Shown here one piece after another: positions 1 to 8,791 of a stretch of 64,000 nucleotides of DNA. The stretch is from sequence record NC_091964.1. One strand, given 5' to 3'. Position 1 is the first letter of the stretch; every line of letters begins with the position of its first letter. A program made the translations under genes and the position numbers. The notes under the pieces were generated by a model. The model was not told the DNA's origin. It searched no databases and saw only the letters and a list, made by a program, of their open reading frames with translations.

Positions 1-13
1 TAGTTATATGTGA

Positions 14-874
14 ATGGACGGAGAATTTATCATGCACCATAAAATCCTTGATGCACTTGCGAATATTACCACTCCAGAACGTATGGTCATATATAAAGAA
101 TCAGTGAGTATTTTATTACTCAAAGACCTTTCGATCTACGATCTGATTTTCGACAATTTCCACGACAGTATGTTTGAATCCGATACTGTCTCTAACCTGG
201 CTGATTTCGACAACCTTTTAATTGGAAACCTGCGGGGTACAATTGAAGAGTTCGGTATCTATCTGGCGATGGATGTGGTCGATGCTCGTTCAGTTGAGCC
301 GATGACGTATTTGGCTAAGATGCTGTACGACTACGATCGATACGATGATCAGAACGAGCTGCTGTTAATGCTCGAGCAGGAAGTTCCTGCAACCGAGCTC
401 ATCGGCGAGATGGTAGCATCTATTACGTCGTATAATAAAGTAGAGGCCGTCATGGAGATTATCTCTGATGTATCTACTGCTATTATTAAGAAGATGCGAC
501 TGACCAGTCAGGAAACCATCAAAGCAATGGAGCTGGAACCGACGTACAGTCAAGAAGAGCTTGAGCGTATTGCGTACCTTGCCAAGCTTTCTGATAAGTT
601 CCAAACACGAGCTGCTTATGACATGCTGGCTCAGGGTTGGAAGTTTGGTGACGATCTCGGTAAGTACGCCTTAGCGTTGGTTCCGGCGGATGAGGTCAAA
701 GAACCTAGCCATGTTGCTGCTCTGTTATGTTTGGCTGCTGTTATGGCCAACACGCCGATTAAAAAGATCAAAGAAGTCGTAGGTGAGTACGTACAATCTC
801 GCTTTGACGACAAAGCTGATCTCATGATGGGGATCGGTCGTGCCTTAAACCGAATTGACCTTGAGGTAGTATAA
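14..874 (+). CDS. Hypothetical protein, 286 aa, upstream of the vRNAP beta-prime C gene
   Basis: Long ORF, TATG at 7-10 just upstream, stop overlaps next start (TAATG). No motif recognised. Confidence 0.75.
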   Translation: MDGEFIMHHKILDALANITTPERMVIYKESVSILLLKDLSIYDLIFDNFHDSMFESDTVSNLADFDNLLIGNLRGTIEEFGIYLAMDVVDARSVEPMTYLAKMLYDYDRYDDQNELLLMLEQEVPATELIGEMVASITSYNKVEAVMEIISDVSTAIIKKMRLTSQETIKAMELEPTYSQEELERIAYLAKLSDKFQTRAAYDMLAQGWKFGDDLGKYALALVPADEVKEPSHVAALLCLAAVMANTPIKKIKEVVGEYVQSRFDDKADLMMGIGRALNRIDLEVV

Positions 875-1290
875 TGAGCATTACCAAAAGAATATTAGGT
901 GGATCGAAAGGCGATACGTTTATCTATAAAGAAAAAGAGTACGCTATCAGCGACTTGGTTAAGTTCTGCAAAGATAAACCTGTTGAGGAAGTTAAGTTAT
1001 CCACATTTCGTCAGTTAGGTAAAGGCGGGACGATGGATGATCTCTGGACTATCCTTAATGACTCTACGGGTAAGGTTACTTCCCCTACCGTTATAGAGAT
1101 CGCGCGTCAGGTGAAGCGTGTCAAAGATGCAGACACCACCAAACCCATTATCGTTCTTAAAGAGAATGGTAAGATGCGCGTACTGGACGGAATCCATCGA
1201 CTGGCTAAAGCCTACATGGATAAAAAGAAAACTATCCCGACTATCTACTTAACGCCTGAAGACATGGTCGAATTTACAACGGGGTCTTAA
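874..1290 (+). CDS. Small ParB/Srx-fold (ParB N-terminal-like) protein
   Basis: KPIIVLKENGKMRVLDGIHRLAKAY matches the PIIV...DGxHR core of ParB/sulfiredoxin domains. Confidence 0.75.
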   Translation: MSITKRILGGSKGDTFIYKEKEYAISDLVKFCKDKPVEEVKLSTFRQLGKGGTMDDLWTILNDSTGKVTSPTVIEIARQVKRVKDADTTKPIIVLKENGKMRVLDGIHRLAKAYMDKKKTIPTIYLTPEDMVEFTTGS

Positions 1291-2658
1291 ATGGATCGTA
1301 TTCAATATCTTAAACATGCAGTCAAGGCAGGAGCTTGCTATTACAAGACCTGGCTTATTGACTCTATGGGGATCGTGGACTTACCGCCTAAACCTGAAAC
1401 GGTAGATGCAACGATTAACCCGTCACCTGGTCTGCGCAAAGACGAGCCGCCGCGTTATCCTCACGAAGAGCATCCGTACCAGTTATTCGATTTCAAAGGT
1501 ACGCCTGTATTCCTTAACCCTACGACGAATGAGTGGGAGCCTGTAGATGGCTACAAGAAAGGCGCGCCTTTCTTCCGCTTCAAGGAAGAGATTAATCTGG
1601 AACCGGGTGATATTGCGAACGTCAAAGAACCCATCACTACCTGGATCGGAAACCTCCTCGTCAACCAATGCGTTCTCTGTTACCCCTTCGGCGACCTGAT
1701 ACCTTTCCAGATGGGACAGTTCTCCATCAAGAAAGTAGAAGCAATTATCGCGTCCAAGTTAGAATCTCTGCCAGACGTAGGTCAGGCTCGTGACGAGACT
1801 AAGATCTACGTCGATACGTTAGAGAATTATTACTACGATGCTGCATATTCGCTTTCTGGATGGACGCAGCTCGCTGTACCGGCCGCATCACCTCATACGC
1901 TAATCACGGATCCTAAAATCCGTAAACGTCGTATAGAGCTTCTGAACGAGTATAAGGACCAACTCGACGATCCGGCTATTATTGCTAAGATCATGCAAGA
2001 GCTCATCGACATGGACGTAGCTTTCCAGGCAGACGATCCAGAAGGCGGTTATCTCCAGCCAGGTAAGTCTTTCGACGTAGTCCGTGCAAAAGCTTTCTTG
2101 ATGTACGGTATCGAACGCGACTTCAACGATCCGAACAAGATCGTGCTTATTGACAGACCTCTGTCGGAAGGCTGGGATATTACCAAGTTACCTTACATGG
2201 TCAATGCTTTGATCGAAGGTTCGTTCTACCGTGGTGCAATGACAGCCCTCGGTGGAGAAGGAGCTAAGTTCATTCAACGCTTCTTCTTGAACACAAACAT
2301 CATCGAAGAAGACTGTGGGGTTAAGTACGGTAAAACCACAATCCTGAAACCGAAGGATAAGGATGACTATCTCGGCGCATCTGTAGTAGGTCCCGGTGGA
2401 TCGCGCATCGAACTCACTGAAGAGAACTACGCGTCGTATGCAGGTAAAATACTACAAGTCTTCTCTCCGCAGTACTGCAAGACAAAACGCCCTAACTTCT
2501 GTGTGAAGTGTTTGGGTGCGCGCTATCGCGGTAAACCTAATTCACCTGCCGCCTTGGCGTCAGTAATCGGCTCGGTGTTGATGTATATCTTCATGAAGAA
2601 AATGCACGGCGTAGCACTGAAGACTAAGAAGTGGGACTGGCGGGCAACTGCTGAGTGA
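1291..2658 (+). CDS. Virion RNA polymerase beta-prime subunit, C-terminal part (phiKZ gp80-like)
   Basis: RpoC-like motifs NIIEEDCG (cf. VTEDDCG), SPQYCKTKRPNFCVKCLG (Zn site) and IGSVLMYIFMKKMH (trigger-loop region); size and synteny with the DNA polymerase fit. Confidence 0.88.
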   Translation: MDRIQYLKHAVKAGACYYKTWLIDSMGIVDLPPKPETVDATINPSPGLRKDEPPRYPHEEHPYQLFDFKGTPVFLNPTTNEWEPVDGYKKGAPFFRFKEEINLEPGDIANVKEPITTWIGNLLVNQCVLCYPFGDLIPFQMGQFSIKKVEAIIASKLESLPDVGQARDETKIYVDTLENYYYDAAYSLSGWTQLAVPAASPHTLITDPKIRKRRIELLNEYKDQLDDPAIIAKIMQELIDMDVAFQADDPEGGYLQPGKSFDVVRAKAFLMYGIERDFNDPNKIVLIDRPLSEGWDITKLPYMVNALIEGSFYRGAMTALGGEGAKFIQRFFLNTNIIEEDCGVKYGKTTILKPKDKDDYLGASVVGPGGSRIELTEENYASYAGKILQVFSPQYCKTKRPNFCVKCLGARYRGKPNSPAALASVIGSVLMYIFMKKMHGVALKTKKWDWRATAE

Positions 2659-2665
2659 GGTGAAG

Positions 2666-3310
2666 ATGTTAGAGACAATCCTCTCTAGAAAAGCAGGGGG
2701 AGGCATTGGTACAAATACTCTGTTACTGATGCAGGCTGATAAAGGGTTCACTGATATAGCTAACCCATCTCGTCTCGTACAGAAGTACTCTAACCCGGTG
2801 ATAGGATCAACTCAGTCTAAGTTTAGTAACGTTTCCTTCGACTGTACTGGCGGTGGTATCTTAATCCCTGCCGCCAGTAAGAAGGATCTCGTCTTCTCGG
2901 CTGATAAACCTTACACGATTGAGTTTTGGGCCTATAACACATCGCTCAATAATGTTTGGTGGCTTTACTCGGGACGTAGTTCTCAGAGTGACCTTAAGGT
3001 CTATAGCGGTAACGTATATTTACAGGATGAGGGCGGTAGTCTCTACGCTCCTTCCTCGTTCATGACTACCGGTAAGTGGGCACACGTCGCGATAGTTGGG
3101 ACTGCCAACGATAAAGTGAGATTGTTCGTAGATGGGAAAATCATAGGGGTTCCTTTCCTCCCTAAAGGTTGGGGCCATGTTAACCAACAAATGGTTATCG
3201 GCTCAGGTGAAATTAACTCCTGGGCGCACCTTGACCAAATCCGCATCTCCAACATAGCTCGTTATACTGCGGCTTTTACTCCCCCAACTGATCCTTTTGT
3301 AATAGATTAA
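2666..3310 (+). CDS. LamG/concanavalin A-like lectin-domain protein, MLE-tag family
   Basis: TLLLMQAD, YTIEFW, WAHVAIV, RLFVDG, LDQIRISNIARYTAAFTPPTDPF are typical LamG motifs; RBS GAGGTG before ATG 2666 (ORF track starts at 2660). Confidence 0.85.
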   Translation: MLETILSRKAGGGIGTNTLLLMQADKGFTDIANPSRLVQKYSNPVIGSTQSKFSNVSFDCTGGGILIPAASKKDLVFSADKPYTIEFWAYNTSLNNVWWLYSGRSSQSDLKVYSGNVYLQDEGGSLYAPSSFMTTGKWAHVAIVGTANDKVRLFVDGKIIGVPFLPKGWGHVNQQMVIGSGEINSWAHLDQIRISNIARYTAAFTPPTDPFVID

Positions 3311-3314
3311 AAGT

Positions 3315-3341
3315 AAGGGCTGCGGCCCTTCTTTTTTTTTT
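3315..3341 (+). terminator. Intrinsic terminator
   Basis: AAGGGC-TGCG-GCCCTT then C and T10. Confidence 0.85.
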
Positions 3342-3397
3342 GTAAAATATTAATCCCTTCTCCCTTATAATGAAACCCAACCCTGAGGACTATTAGG

Positions 3398-3691
3398 ATG
3401 GAAATTATTGTAACGGTTAGTGTTACAGGAGCTAACAAACTCGTAGTAAACAAGTCCAGAAAAGAAGTAGAAAATGTATCGGACACGTTCTCTGTTAATA
3501 CCAAAGAAGAATTGAGGACTCGCCTCCAGGCGTTCGTTAATTCATTCGGCGTCAAAGCGCCATTGAAAGAAAAGATTAAGATCGATGACGCGTTTGCGGC
3601 AATGATCGAACGCGCGGTTAATGACAACTCTGAAAAGCTGTCAGTAGGTGTACGCGACAACTTATACTTCTACCGCGTTTTCGAGCGCTGA
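3398..3691 (+). CDS. Hypothetical protein, 97 aa
   Basis: ORF after terminator with GAGGA/AGGA upstream; no motif. Confidence 0.7.
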   Translation: MEIIVTVSVTGANKLVVNKSRKEVENVSDTFSVNTKEELRTRLQAFVNSFGVKAPLKEKIKIDDAFAAMIERAVNDNSEKLSVGVRDNLYFYRVFER

Positions 3692-3698
3692 GGTCGCT

Positions 3699-4160
3699 AT
3701 GGAAGTTTCTGAATTCTTACGGGCTAGACTAGTCGATGGTTTAACTATGTTGGACTATGAAGCCGAGCAGCTAAAGGTATCCAGAGTCAACGAAAAGAAA
3801 CTCATCCCTTACGAACTCCTTCAGTGTAACGGGATAGCTCTGATCAAAAGCGTAATGCAGATCGTTCTTTTCGAAAAGAACTACACTGAACTGGCTTTTC
3901 ATTACAAGAAGTTAAACAAGCGCTTTCTTGAATCCTTCCCTGACTTCGACGATCTGGTGATCAACTATATCCAGATTCAAGGCATGGGGTTCGGTGCGCC
4001 AATCAATACCCCTACTCTCAAAACCCCTTATGGTGAATTAGTGTTAGGGTTACCTGATACTTTCGTTGCAGAGTTCTATCGTAACTTAAAAGCAACGATT
4101 GTTCCTGCTAACGATAACGACAATGTTGTCAAGGTGGATTTCGGTGGAAAGAAAGATTGA
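3699..4160 (+). CDS. Hypothetical protein, about 153 aa
   Basis: RBS GAGGT before ATG 3699 (track start 3648 overlaps the previous gene); ends NVVKVDFGGKKD. Confidence 0.7.
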   Translation: MEVSEFLRARLVDGLTMLDYEAEQLKVSRVNEKKLIPYELLQCNGIALIKSVMQIVLFEKNYTELAFHYKKLNKRFLESFPDFDDLVINYIQIQGMGFGAPINTPTLKTPYGELVLGLPDTFVAEFYRNLKATIVPANDNDNVVKVDFGGKKD

Positions 4161-4272
4161 TCTGTCTCAGTCAGATGAAGAAAACAATTCCGAACAAGAA
4201 GCCGAGCTAGGGGCACTACTAGAAGAACTTGTAGAAGTTCATGTAGCCGCTAAGTTTGGTAACGGAACTTAA
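4123..4272 (+). CDS. Possible small acidic ORF, 49 aa (not in ORF track)
   Basis: ATG 4123 reads MLSRWISVERKIDLSQSDEENNSEQEAELGALLEELVEVHVAAKFGNGT to TAA 4270-72 and fills the gap before the terminator; RBS weak. Confidence 0.4.
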   Translation: MLSRWISVERKIDLSQSDEENNSEQEAELGALLEELVEVHVAAKFGNGT

Positions 4273-4276
4273 TACA

Positions 4277-4307
4277 GGGACCTTCGGGTCCCCTTTATTT
4301 TTTTTTT
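4277..4307 (+). terminator. Intrinsic terminator
   Basis: GGGACC-TTCG-GGTCCC followed by a long T tract. Confidence 0.85.
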
Positions 4308-4338
4308 GTATGACAACCAATCCAACAGGGGCAGAGAT

Positions 4339-4992
4339 ATGTTAGAAAATCTATTAACGGGAGTATCTACTGTCCCGCCGAGTGGGGATGTTATATTCCA
4401 ACTCAAAGACTTTAAAACAGTGGATGATATAATCGACAGAGGTCCGTTATCAATCCCTGTAACGCGGGGTGGTGCTGTTTCCGTAGGTAGTGACGCTAAC
4501 GGTAGCTTTATTCAAATGCCAGGTGCAAGCTGGGCCGATATAGTCACGTTTGGTAGTGCGAAGTTGTCTTGTAATGAAGTAGAAGTAAATATAATTATCG
4601 GAGATATGGAAGATACTTCCGGTGCATACGGACCATGTATATTTGATGCACGTCCTCAGGGACAGAACGGAAACTACTTACTGTTCACCATCGTAGGTAG
4701 CCCAGACGCCATCGAGGGACATTATCGCGAATTCGTTATTAACTCCGGGCAGAATGGATTCTATCCTGGAGCTAAGCTTCCTAAGAACACTATAGGTAAG
4801 CTCAGAGTTAAGTGCCTTAAGAACAAGACGTTCATTTATTACAACGAACGTTTTGTTGCATCCTACAACGCAGGTATTAGTAACTTCATTGGAGACTATG
4901 CTGGGATAGGCCGTCATGCTTTCTCCATGGTTACAGGGACTACACCTTTGAAGGCGAAGATCTATTATTTCGATATTCGCAAGATTAGTTAA
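4339..4992 (+). CDS. Beta-rich lectin/LamG-like protein, MLE-tag family
   Basis: Starts MLENLLTG at ATG 4339 after AGGGG; Gly/aromatic-rich beta pattern; ends KIYYFDIRKIS. Confidence 0.65.
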   Translation: MLENLLTGVSTVPPSGDVIFQLKDFKTVDDIIDRGPLSIPVTRGGAVSVGSDANGSFIQMPGASWADIVTFGSAKLSCNEVEVNIIIGDMEDTSGAYGPCIFDARPQGQNGNYLLFTIVGSPDAIEGHYREFVINSGQNGFYPGAKLPKNTIGKLRVKCLKNKTFIYYNERFVASYNAGISNFIGDYAGIGRHAFSMVTGTTPLKAKIYYFDIRKIS

Positions 4993-5022
4993 TACTATGT
5001 AACTTTAACTGAGAGGTTTGAG

Positions 5023-5694
5023 ATGAGCAATCCAGATAACATTGCTGCTATGTTGGCAGCAAGTGGTGAGAAGGCAGCGGGTCAGGAAGAGAAAGAACAG
5101 TCTGCTGCTGCGGCTGCTGCGCAGAACGCCAGTATTGATAAAGTGTCAGTAGTCGACCCTACTGATACTCGCCAGGAAAACGCAGGTCTGACTGGTGCGG
5201 CACGCGATGTTGCTCCGGTTGTCCCGCAGACTCGCGAGCGGGAACAAAAGTTTGGCCCGATCGTTTCTTCTGCTGTTGCGACTATCAACGACTATGAAGT
5301 CAAGATGGCCGATAACGTTCGTGTAACTCCGGAGTATATCGACGCGCAACAGTCTCGCCTGTATAACGCTATTCGCGCTATCGTGACCGTTGAAGAAAGC
5401 TCCGAGTTCATGGGCGGTATGGAATTCCTGTTCCGTAAGTTCCATGAAGATAAGTACGGTGCTTTCAACGGCAGCACTATTCGCCGCCGTATCAACTTCA
5501 TGAAGAAGCCTTCCGGCGAACAGGCATTCAAAGCGTACACTGCGTTTATCGATCTTCTGCAAGTGTTCAGCGATCCGAAAGGTCGTAAAGTCCTGTGGGC
5601 GCGTTTCAACAAGCGTCAGGCACTTGACTTCCTGCAAGGTCAGCCAGAGCTGCGTCAGCGTCTGGAAACCTATATGAGCAAAATCTGTTCATAA
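5023..5694 (+). CDS. Hypothetical protein, 223 aa, Ala-rich low-complexity N-terminus
   Basis: RBS GAGAGG, TATG at 4996-4999, strongly biased codons. Confidence 0.8.
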   Translation: MSNPDNIAAMLAASGEKAAGQEEKEQSAAAAAAQNASIDKVSVVDPTDTRQENAGLTGAARDVAPVVPQTREREQKFGPIVSSAVATINDYEVKMADNVRVTPEYIDAQQSRLYNAIRAIVTVEESSEFMGGMEFLFRKFHEDKYGAFNGSTIRRRINFMKKPSGEQAFKAYTAFIDLLQVFSDPKGRKVLWARFNKRQALDFLQGQPELRQRLETYMSKICS

Positions 5695-5703
5695 CTGAGT
5701 TAG

Positions 5704-5753
5704 ACAGCATAAGCCCCCTCTTCCCCTTTCGGGGAAGAGGGGATATGTGCCGC
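5704..5753. terminator. Bidirectional hairpin between convergent genes, with ACRGCAYA-type flanks
   Basis: CCCCTCTTCCCC-TTTC-GGGGAAGAGGGG; ACAGCATA on the left, TGTGCCG on the right; no T tract. Confidence 0.75.
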
Positions 5754-5756
5754 TAC

Positions 5757-6239
5757 TTAAATAAACTTACCATCCCAGGGAATCGGGGCAGACATCCCCA
5801 GAGGATTGACTCGCATTACTTTACCAACTGTACTATCGAAATAGAGGAAGTCCAAAGCCTGTGATCCATTGAAGGTTCCGTAGGTAGAAGACGTATAGCC
5901 ATTTCGACTGAGGGATACGTACGAGGGATTAGAACCCAAATAGTGTAGCTTAAAAACGACGATCCTTTTACCAGTGATGTTCTCGTTAAGCAAATCAATC
6001 GTAGGGAAGCAGTGTTGGGCTACCCTACCCATAGGAGAGTCATAGGTAAACCTATTCCCCCAAGGAGTGCCCCACATAGTTCCAGAAGGTGAAGCCATTG
6101 TGGTTCTACAATAACCCTCCGTTCCGTTCGGTCTTACAGTAGGTCCAATATCCGTAAAACCCGAGACAGCTTTAACGAAAGAACCGTAATCAACATTACC
6201 TGCAATTAGGTTCTTCCCTGACAGTAGTGTCTCTAACAT
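5757..6239 (-). CDS. Hypothetical protein, 160 aa, MLE-tag family
   Basis: Starts MLETLLSGK after RBS GGAGG; Gly/Tyr/Thr-rich. Confidence 0.75.
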   Translation of the reverse strand: MLETLLSGKNLIAGNVDYGSFVKAVSGFTDIGPTVRPNGTEGYCRTTMASPSGTMWGTPWGNRFTYDSPMGRVAQHCFPTIDLLNENITGKRIVVFKLHYLGSNPSYVSLSRNGYTSSTYGTFNGSQALDFLYFDSTVGKVMRVNPLGMSAPIPWDGKFI

Positions 6240-6253
6240 GAAACCTCCAAAAA

Positions 6254-6664
6254 CTATTTACCCTCAATAGGATTGGAGCTAATTTTCTTTCCGTAGTACG
6301 CCATGTACTTAGAGGATTTCTGCGACCAGTAAGAACGGTAACGTCCTTTACCCGGACCTCTCTTAACCTTGATGGTAATCCGTACATGCCGGAAGATCTC
6401 TTCTTCGCGGCGCAGCGCGTGAGGGTAATTGGGTTTGATATCTTCTGGTCGTAAGATAAATGGAAAAGGGTCGGACCAAGGAAAGAGCACGGTAGGTGTG
6501 GTCATTCCTCTACCGATCATGGCAGTACCGACATAGTCCTCGCCATTGTCTCCCTTTACCAGAACGAGCCCAGGTTCGGCACGACCGCATTCAAACTCCA
6601 CCAATGCCCGTTCCAACGTTTCGGCTATATTTGTCTCCTCGGTGGAAGATTCAAATTCGTTCAT
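6254..6664 (-). CDS. Hypothetical protein, 136 aa
   Basis: Co-oriented ORF coupled to neighbours, RBS GGAGG-like upstream; basic C-terminus. Confidence 0.65.
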   Translation of the reverse strand: MNEFESSTEETNIAETLERALVEFECGRAEPGLVLVKGDNGEDYVGTAMIGRGMTTPTVLFPWSDPFPFILRPEDIKPNYPHALRREEEIFRHVRITIKVKRGPGKGRYRSYWSQKSSKYMAYYGKKISSNPIEGK

Positions 6665-6858
6665 AACGGATCACCCTCCTTCCTCGTTAGAACACGCATC
6701 AGGTCAATAGGTTTATTGTTACCTATCCCTACTTCCTGAAAACGTCTTAGCTGTTCGTTGAAGATCTTCTTGGCGAGCTCGCGTGCAGCAGGGCCATGTA
6801 CGATTTGGCAATTAAAGGTAATTTCATGCGTTACTTCGGTTGTTTTCTGGTCGGCCAT
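6661..6858 (-). CDS. Hypothetical protein, 65 aa
   Basis: Start overlaps the DNA polymerase stop; GAGGTGG upstream. Confidence 0.6.
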   Translation of the reverse strand: MADQKTTEVTHEITFNCQIVHGPAARELAKKIFNEQLRRFQEVGIGNNKPIDLMRVLTRKEGDPL

Positions 6859-8750
6859 TATGCCACCTCACGTTTGTAACCGATCTTACGTTCGTAGCTA
6901 CGCATCCATTCTACTGGACGAGGCATGTTACAAATCGTAGTACCGATATCAATTGCATTTACACGGCCAGAAGGCAAGTTAATACCTGCGCGCCGCTGTT
7001 GTTCAAAATCAATACCCGCCATCGAGCACATGACACGGTAGATCGTATCGCGAGCAATGTTCATCCATACGCCGGTTGACGGATAAGAAGATTTAACGTC
7101 AATGTCAAGTACGAGTTTAACGATCTTCGTAAACACGCCTTCTGACTCAGTTAGCACCTTCCTTCCCATCTCGTGGTGTATAAGGTGAGCAGCCAATGTA
7201 CAGATCCACCCTTCGAGGCTAACAGAGTGTTTATCCATCTCTGTTTCCATCTGGTCGGATACGCCGCTTAAAACAAACCCTTGTTCCAGTAAGAAGAAGT
7301 ACAAGTCATCACCTAACTTTCTCCCCTGTGAACCGTATGATTGCAGTTCTGAGAACTGACATTGGTTAGGGAAGGTAAAGCATAAGTCCAACGTTGCCTC
7401 ATCAAGTTGTTGCGCCCCTAAGTTATCCCACTGGTTATAGACGCAGTAGAAGATCTTATGGTTAGCCTGCATATCACGGTGCCAGTCTGCGCCGGTAGAG
7501 TTGGTCAGGTCATCGCCTTTCAACTTACCATGACCCAGCTCTTTCTCCAGAATACTACCCAGAGAGTAAGATGGTTCTTTCGACAGGTGGCGACGTACGA
7601 AACGACGTACTGACATTTGGTCAGCCCAGAAGAACGAAGACGGAGCTGTAACAGCATGCCAACGATCCCACGGGTCTTTCGATTCTGCTTTACCGTTCGC
7701 ATCTTCGATCTTAGCCGCACCTTCACGGAAGTTGAAGTAACGCAGGTCACGTGGAATGCACGGATCGCAGTAAACGTCTTTCGGGTCGTATCCTTCTTTT
7801 TCTAAAGCCTTGGTCATGTTGCCCAAGTCAAAGGGAAGGTTCCAGATAGACAGAATATCTGGTTTCCATTCGTGGACACGCTTAAAGGTTTCGACAACAG
7901 CTTTAGCGGGAGTACTAACGACAATTACTTCTGTCTCTAGCTTAATATCCTGACGCTTGACCGGTAAGGTTACAGAGTTGAGCTGATACCATTTTTCGTA
8001 AGGAAGATCTTTCTCGCTGACACCATTCTCTTTACAATACTTCTTCCAGCATTTCTTTAACTTGCCTTCGAGTAATAAAGGAATGATCTCTTCTTCCTGC
8101 TTCTGCATGATCTTTTCAACAGGGTTTTGAATTGTCCCCAAGAAACTCTGTACCACTGCCTGGAATAAACGATCGCCCATGGATACGGAAACCATGTTGA
8201 TCGCCCTTTCCTTTGTATTCATGTCAGTCTCGATATCGAGGTGACAGGTTGTGTTATAGGTAACCAGGTCAGGGTATTTCGTGCGGTACTTGTGCTTTAA
8301 CAGCACCTGAGGTGAAACATCAGTACCGGCAATGAACGGGTTTCGGTTGATGATCTTCATCCCACCGTTAGTACCGGCTTTCAGTGCACGGGCCGCCGCG
8401 TCTTTAAGTTGACGCTGATTCGACTTATATTCGCGACACCACTCTAAAGGTATCCATGCACGCTTTTGTTTAAAGGTACGATAGCTATCGCGTACAACGT
8501 AGAAAGGTTTCTGGAAATTCCGGATAATACGAATGTTTGGTTCTGTTGTATTATCGTCGTAATGAATTCGTTCTTTGATGATTACAGCATCGTCGGTCTG
8601 GTTCGCTTGGGAGACGACGTAAGAGCTATGTTTGAATTCGTAGCCAATGATCTTTTTGCTCACGATTCGCTCCAATCCGTTAGTAAAAGTAAAATGTGTT
8701 CTATAGTAATAAACATTGACTTCTATTATGAAATCACTGTACCTGGTCAT
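6858..8750 (-). CDS. Split family-B DNA polymerase, 3'-5' exonuclease plus motif A half (phiKZ gp82-like)
   Basis: ExoI HLDIETD, ExoII WNLPFD, ExoIII YNQWD, PolB motif A LDIDVKSSYPS near the C-terminus; motifs B and C absent. Confidence 0.88.
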   Translation of the reverse strand: MTRYSDFIIEVNVYYYRTHFTFTNGLERIVSKKIIGYEFKHSSYVVSQANQTDDAVIIKERIHYDDNTTEPNIRIIRNFQKPFYVVRDSYRTFKQKRAWIPLEWCREYKSNQRQLKDAAARALKAGTNGGMKIINRNPFIAGTDVSPQVLLKHKYRTKYPDLVTYNTTCHLDIETDMNTKERAINMVSVSMGDRLFQAVVQSFLGTIQNPVEKIMQKQEEEIIPLLLEGKLKKCWKKYCKENGVSEKDLPYEKWYQLNSVTLPVKRQDIKLETEVIVVSTPAKAVVETFKRVHEWKPDILSIWNLPFDLGNMTKALEKEGYDPKDVYCDPCIPRDLRYFNFREGAAKIEDANGKAESKDPWDRWHAVTAPSSFFWADQMSVRRFVRRHLSKEPSYSLGSILEKELGHGKLKGDDLTNSTGADWHRDMQANHKIFYCVYNQWDNLGAQQLDEATLDLCFTFPNQCQFSELQSYGSQGRKLGDDLYFFLLEQGFVLSGVSDQMETEMDKHSVSLEGWICTLAAHLIHHEMGRKVLTESEGVFTKIVKLVLDIDVKSSYPSTGVWMNIARDTIYRVMCSMAGIDFEQQRRAGINLPSGRVNAIDIGTTICNMPRPVEWMRSYERKIGYKREVA

Positions 8751-8791
8751 TTTTTGTGTACATCATTCCGCACGGTTACTAAGGAACTAAA

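Noticed and set aside
3340-3371. Sigma70-like TTGTAA...TATAAT
   Set aside because: Spacer is 20 nt and the -35 overlaps a terminator T tract.
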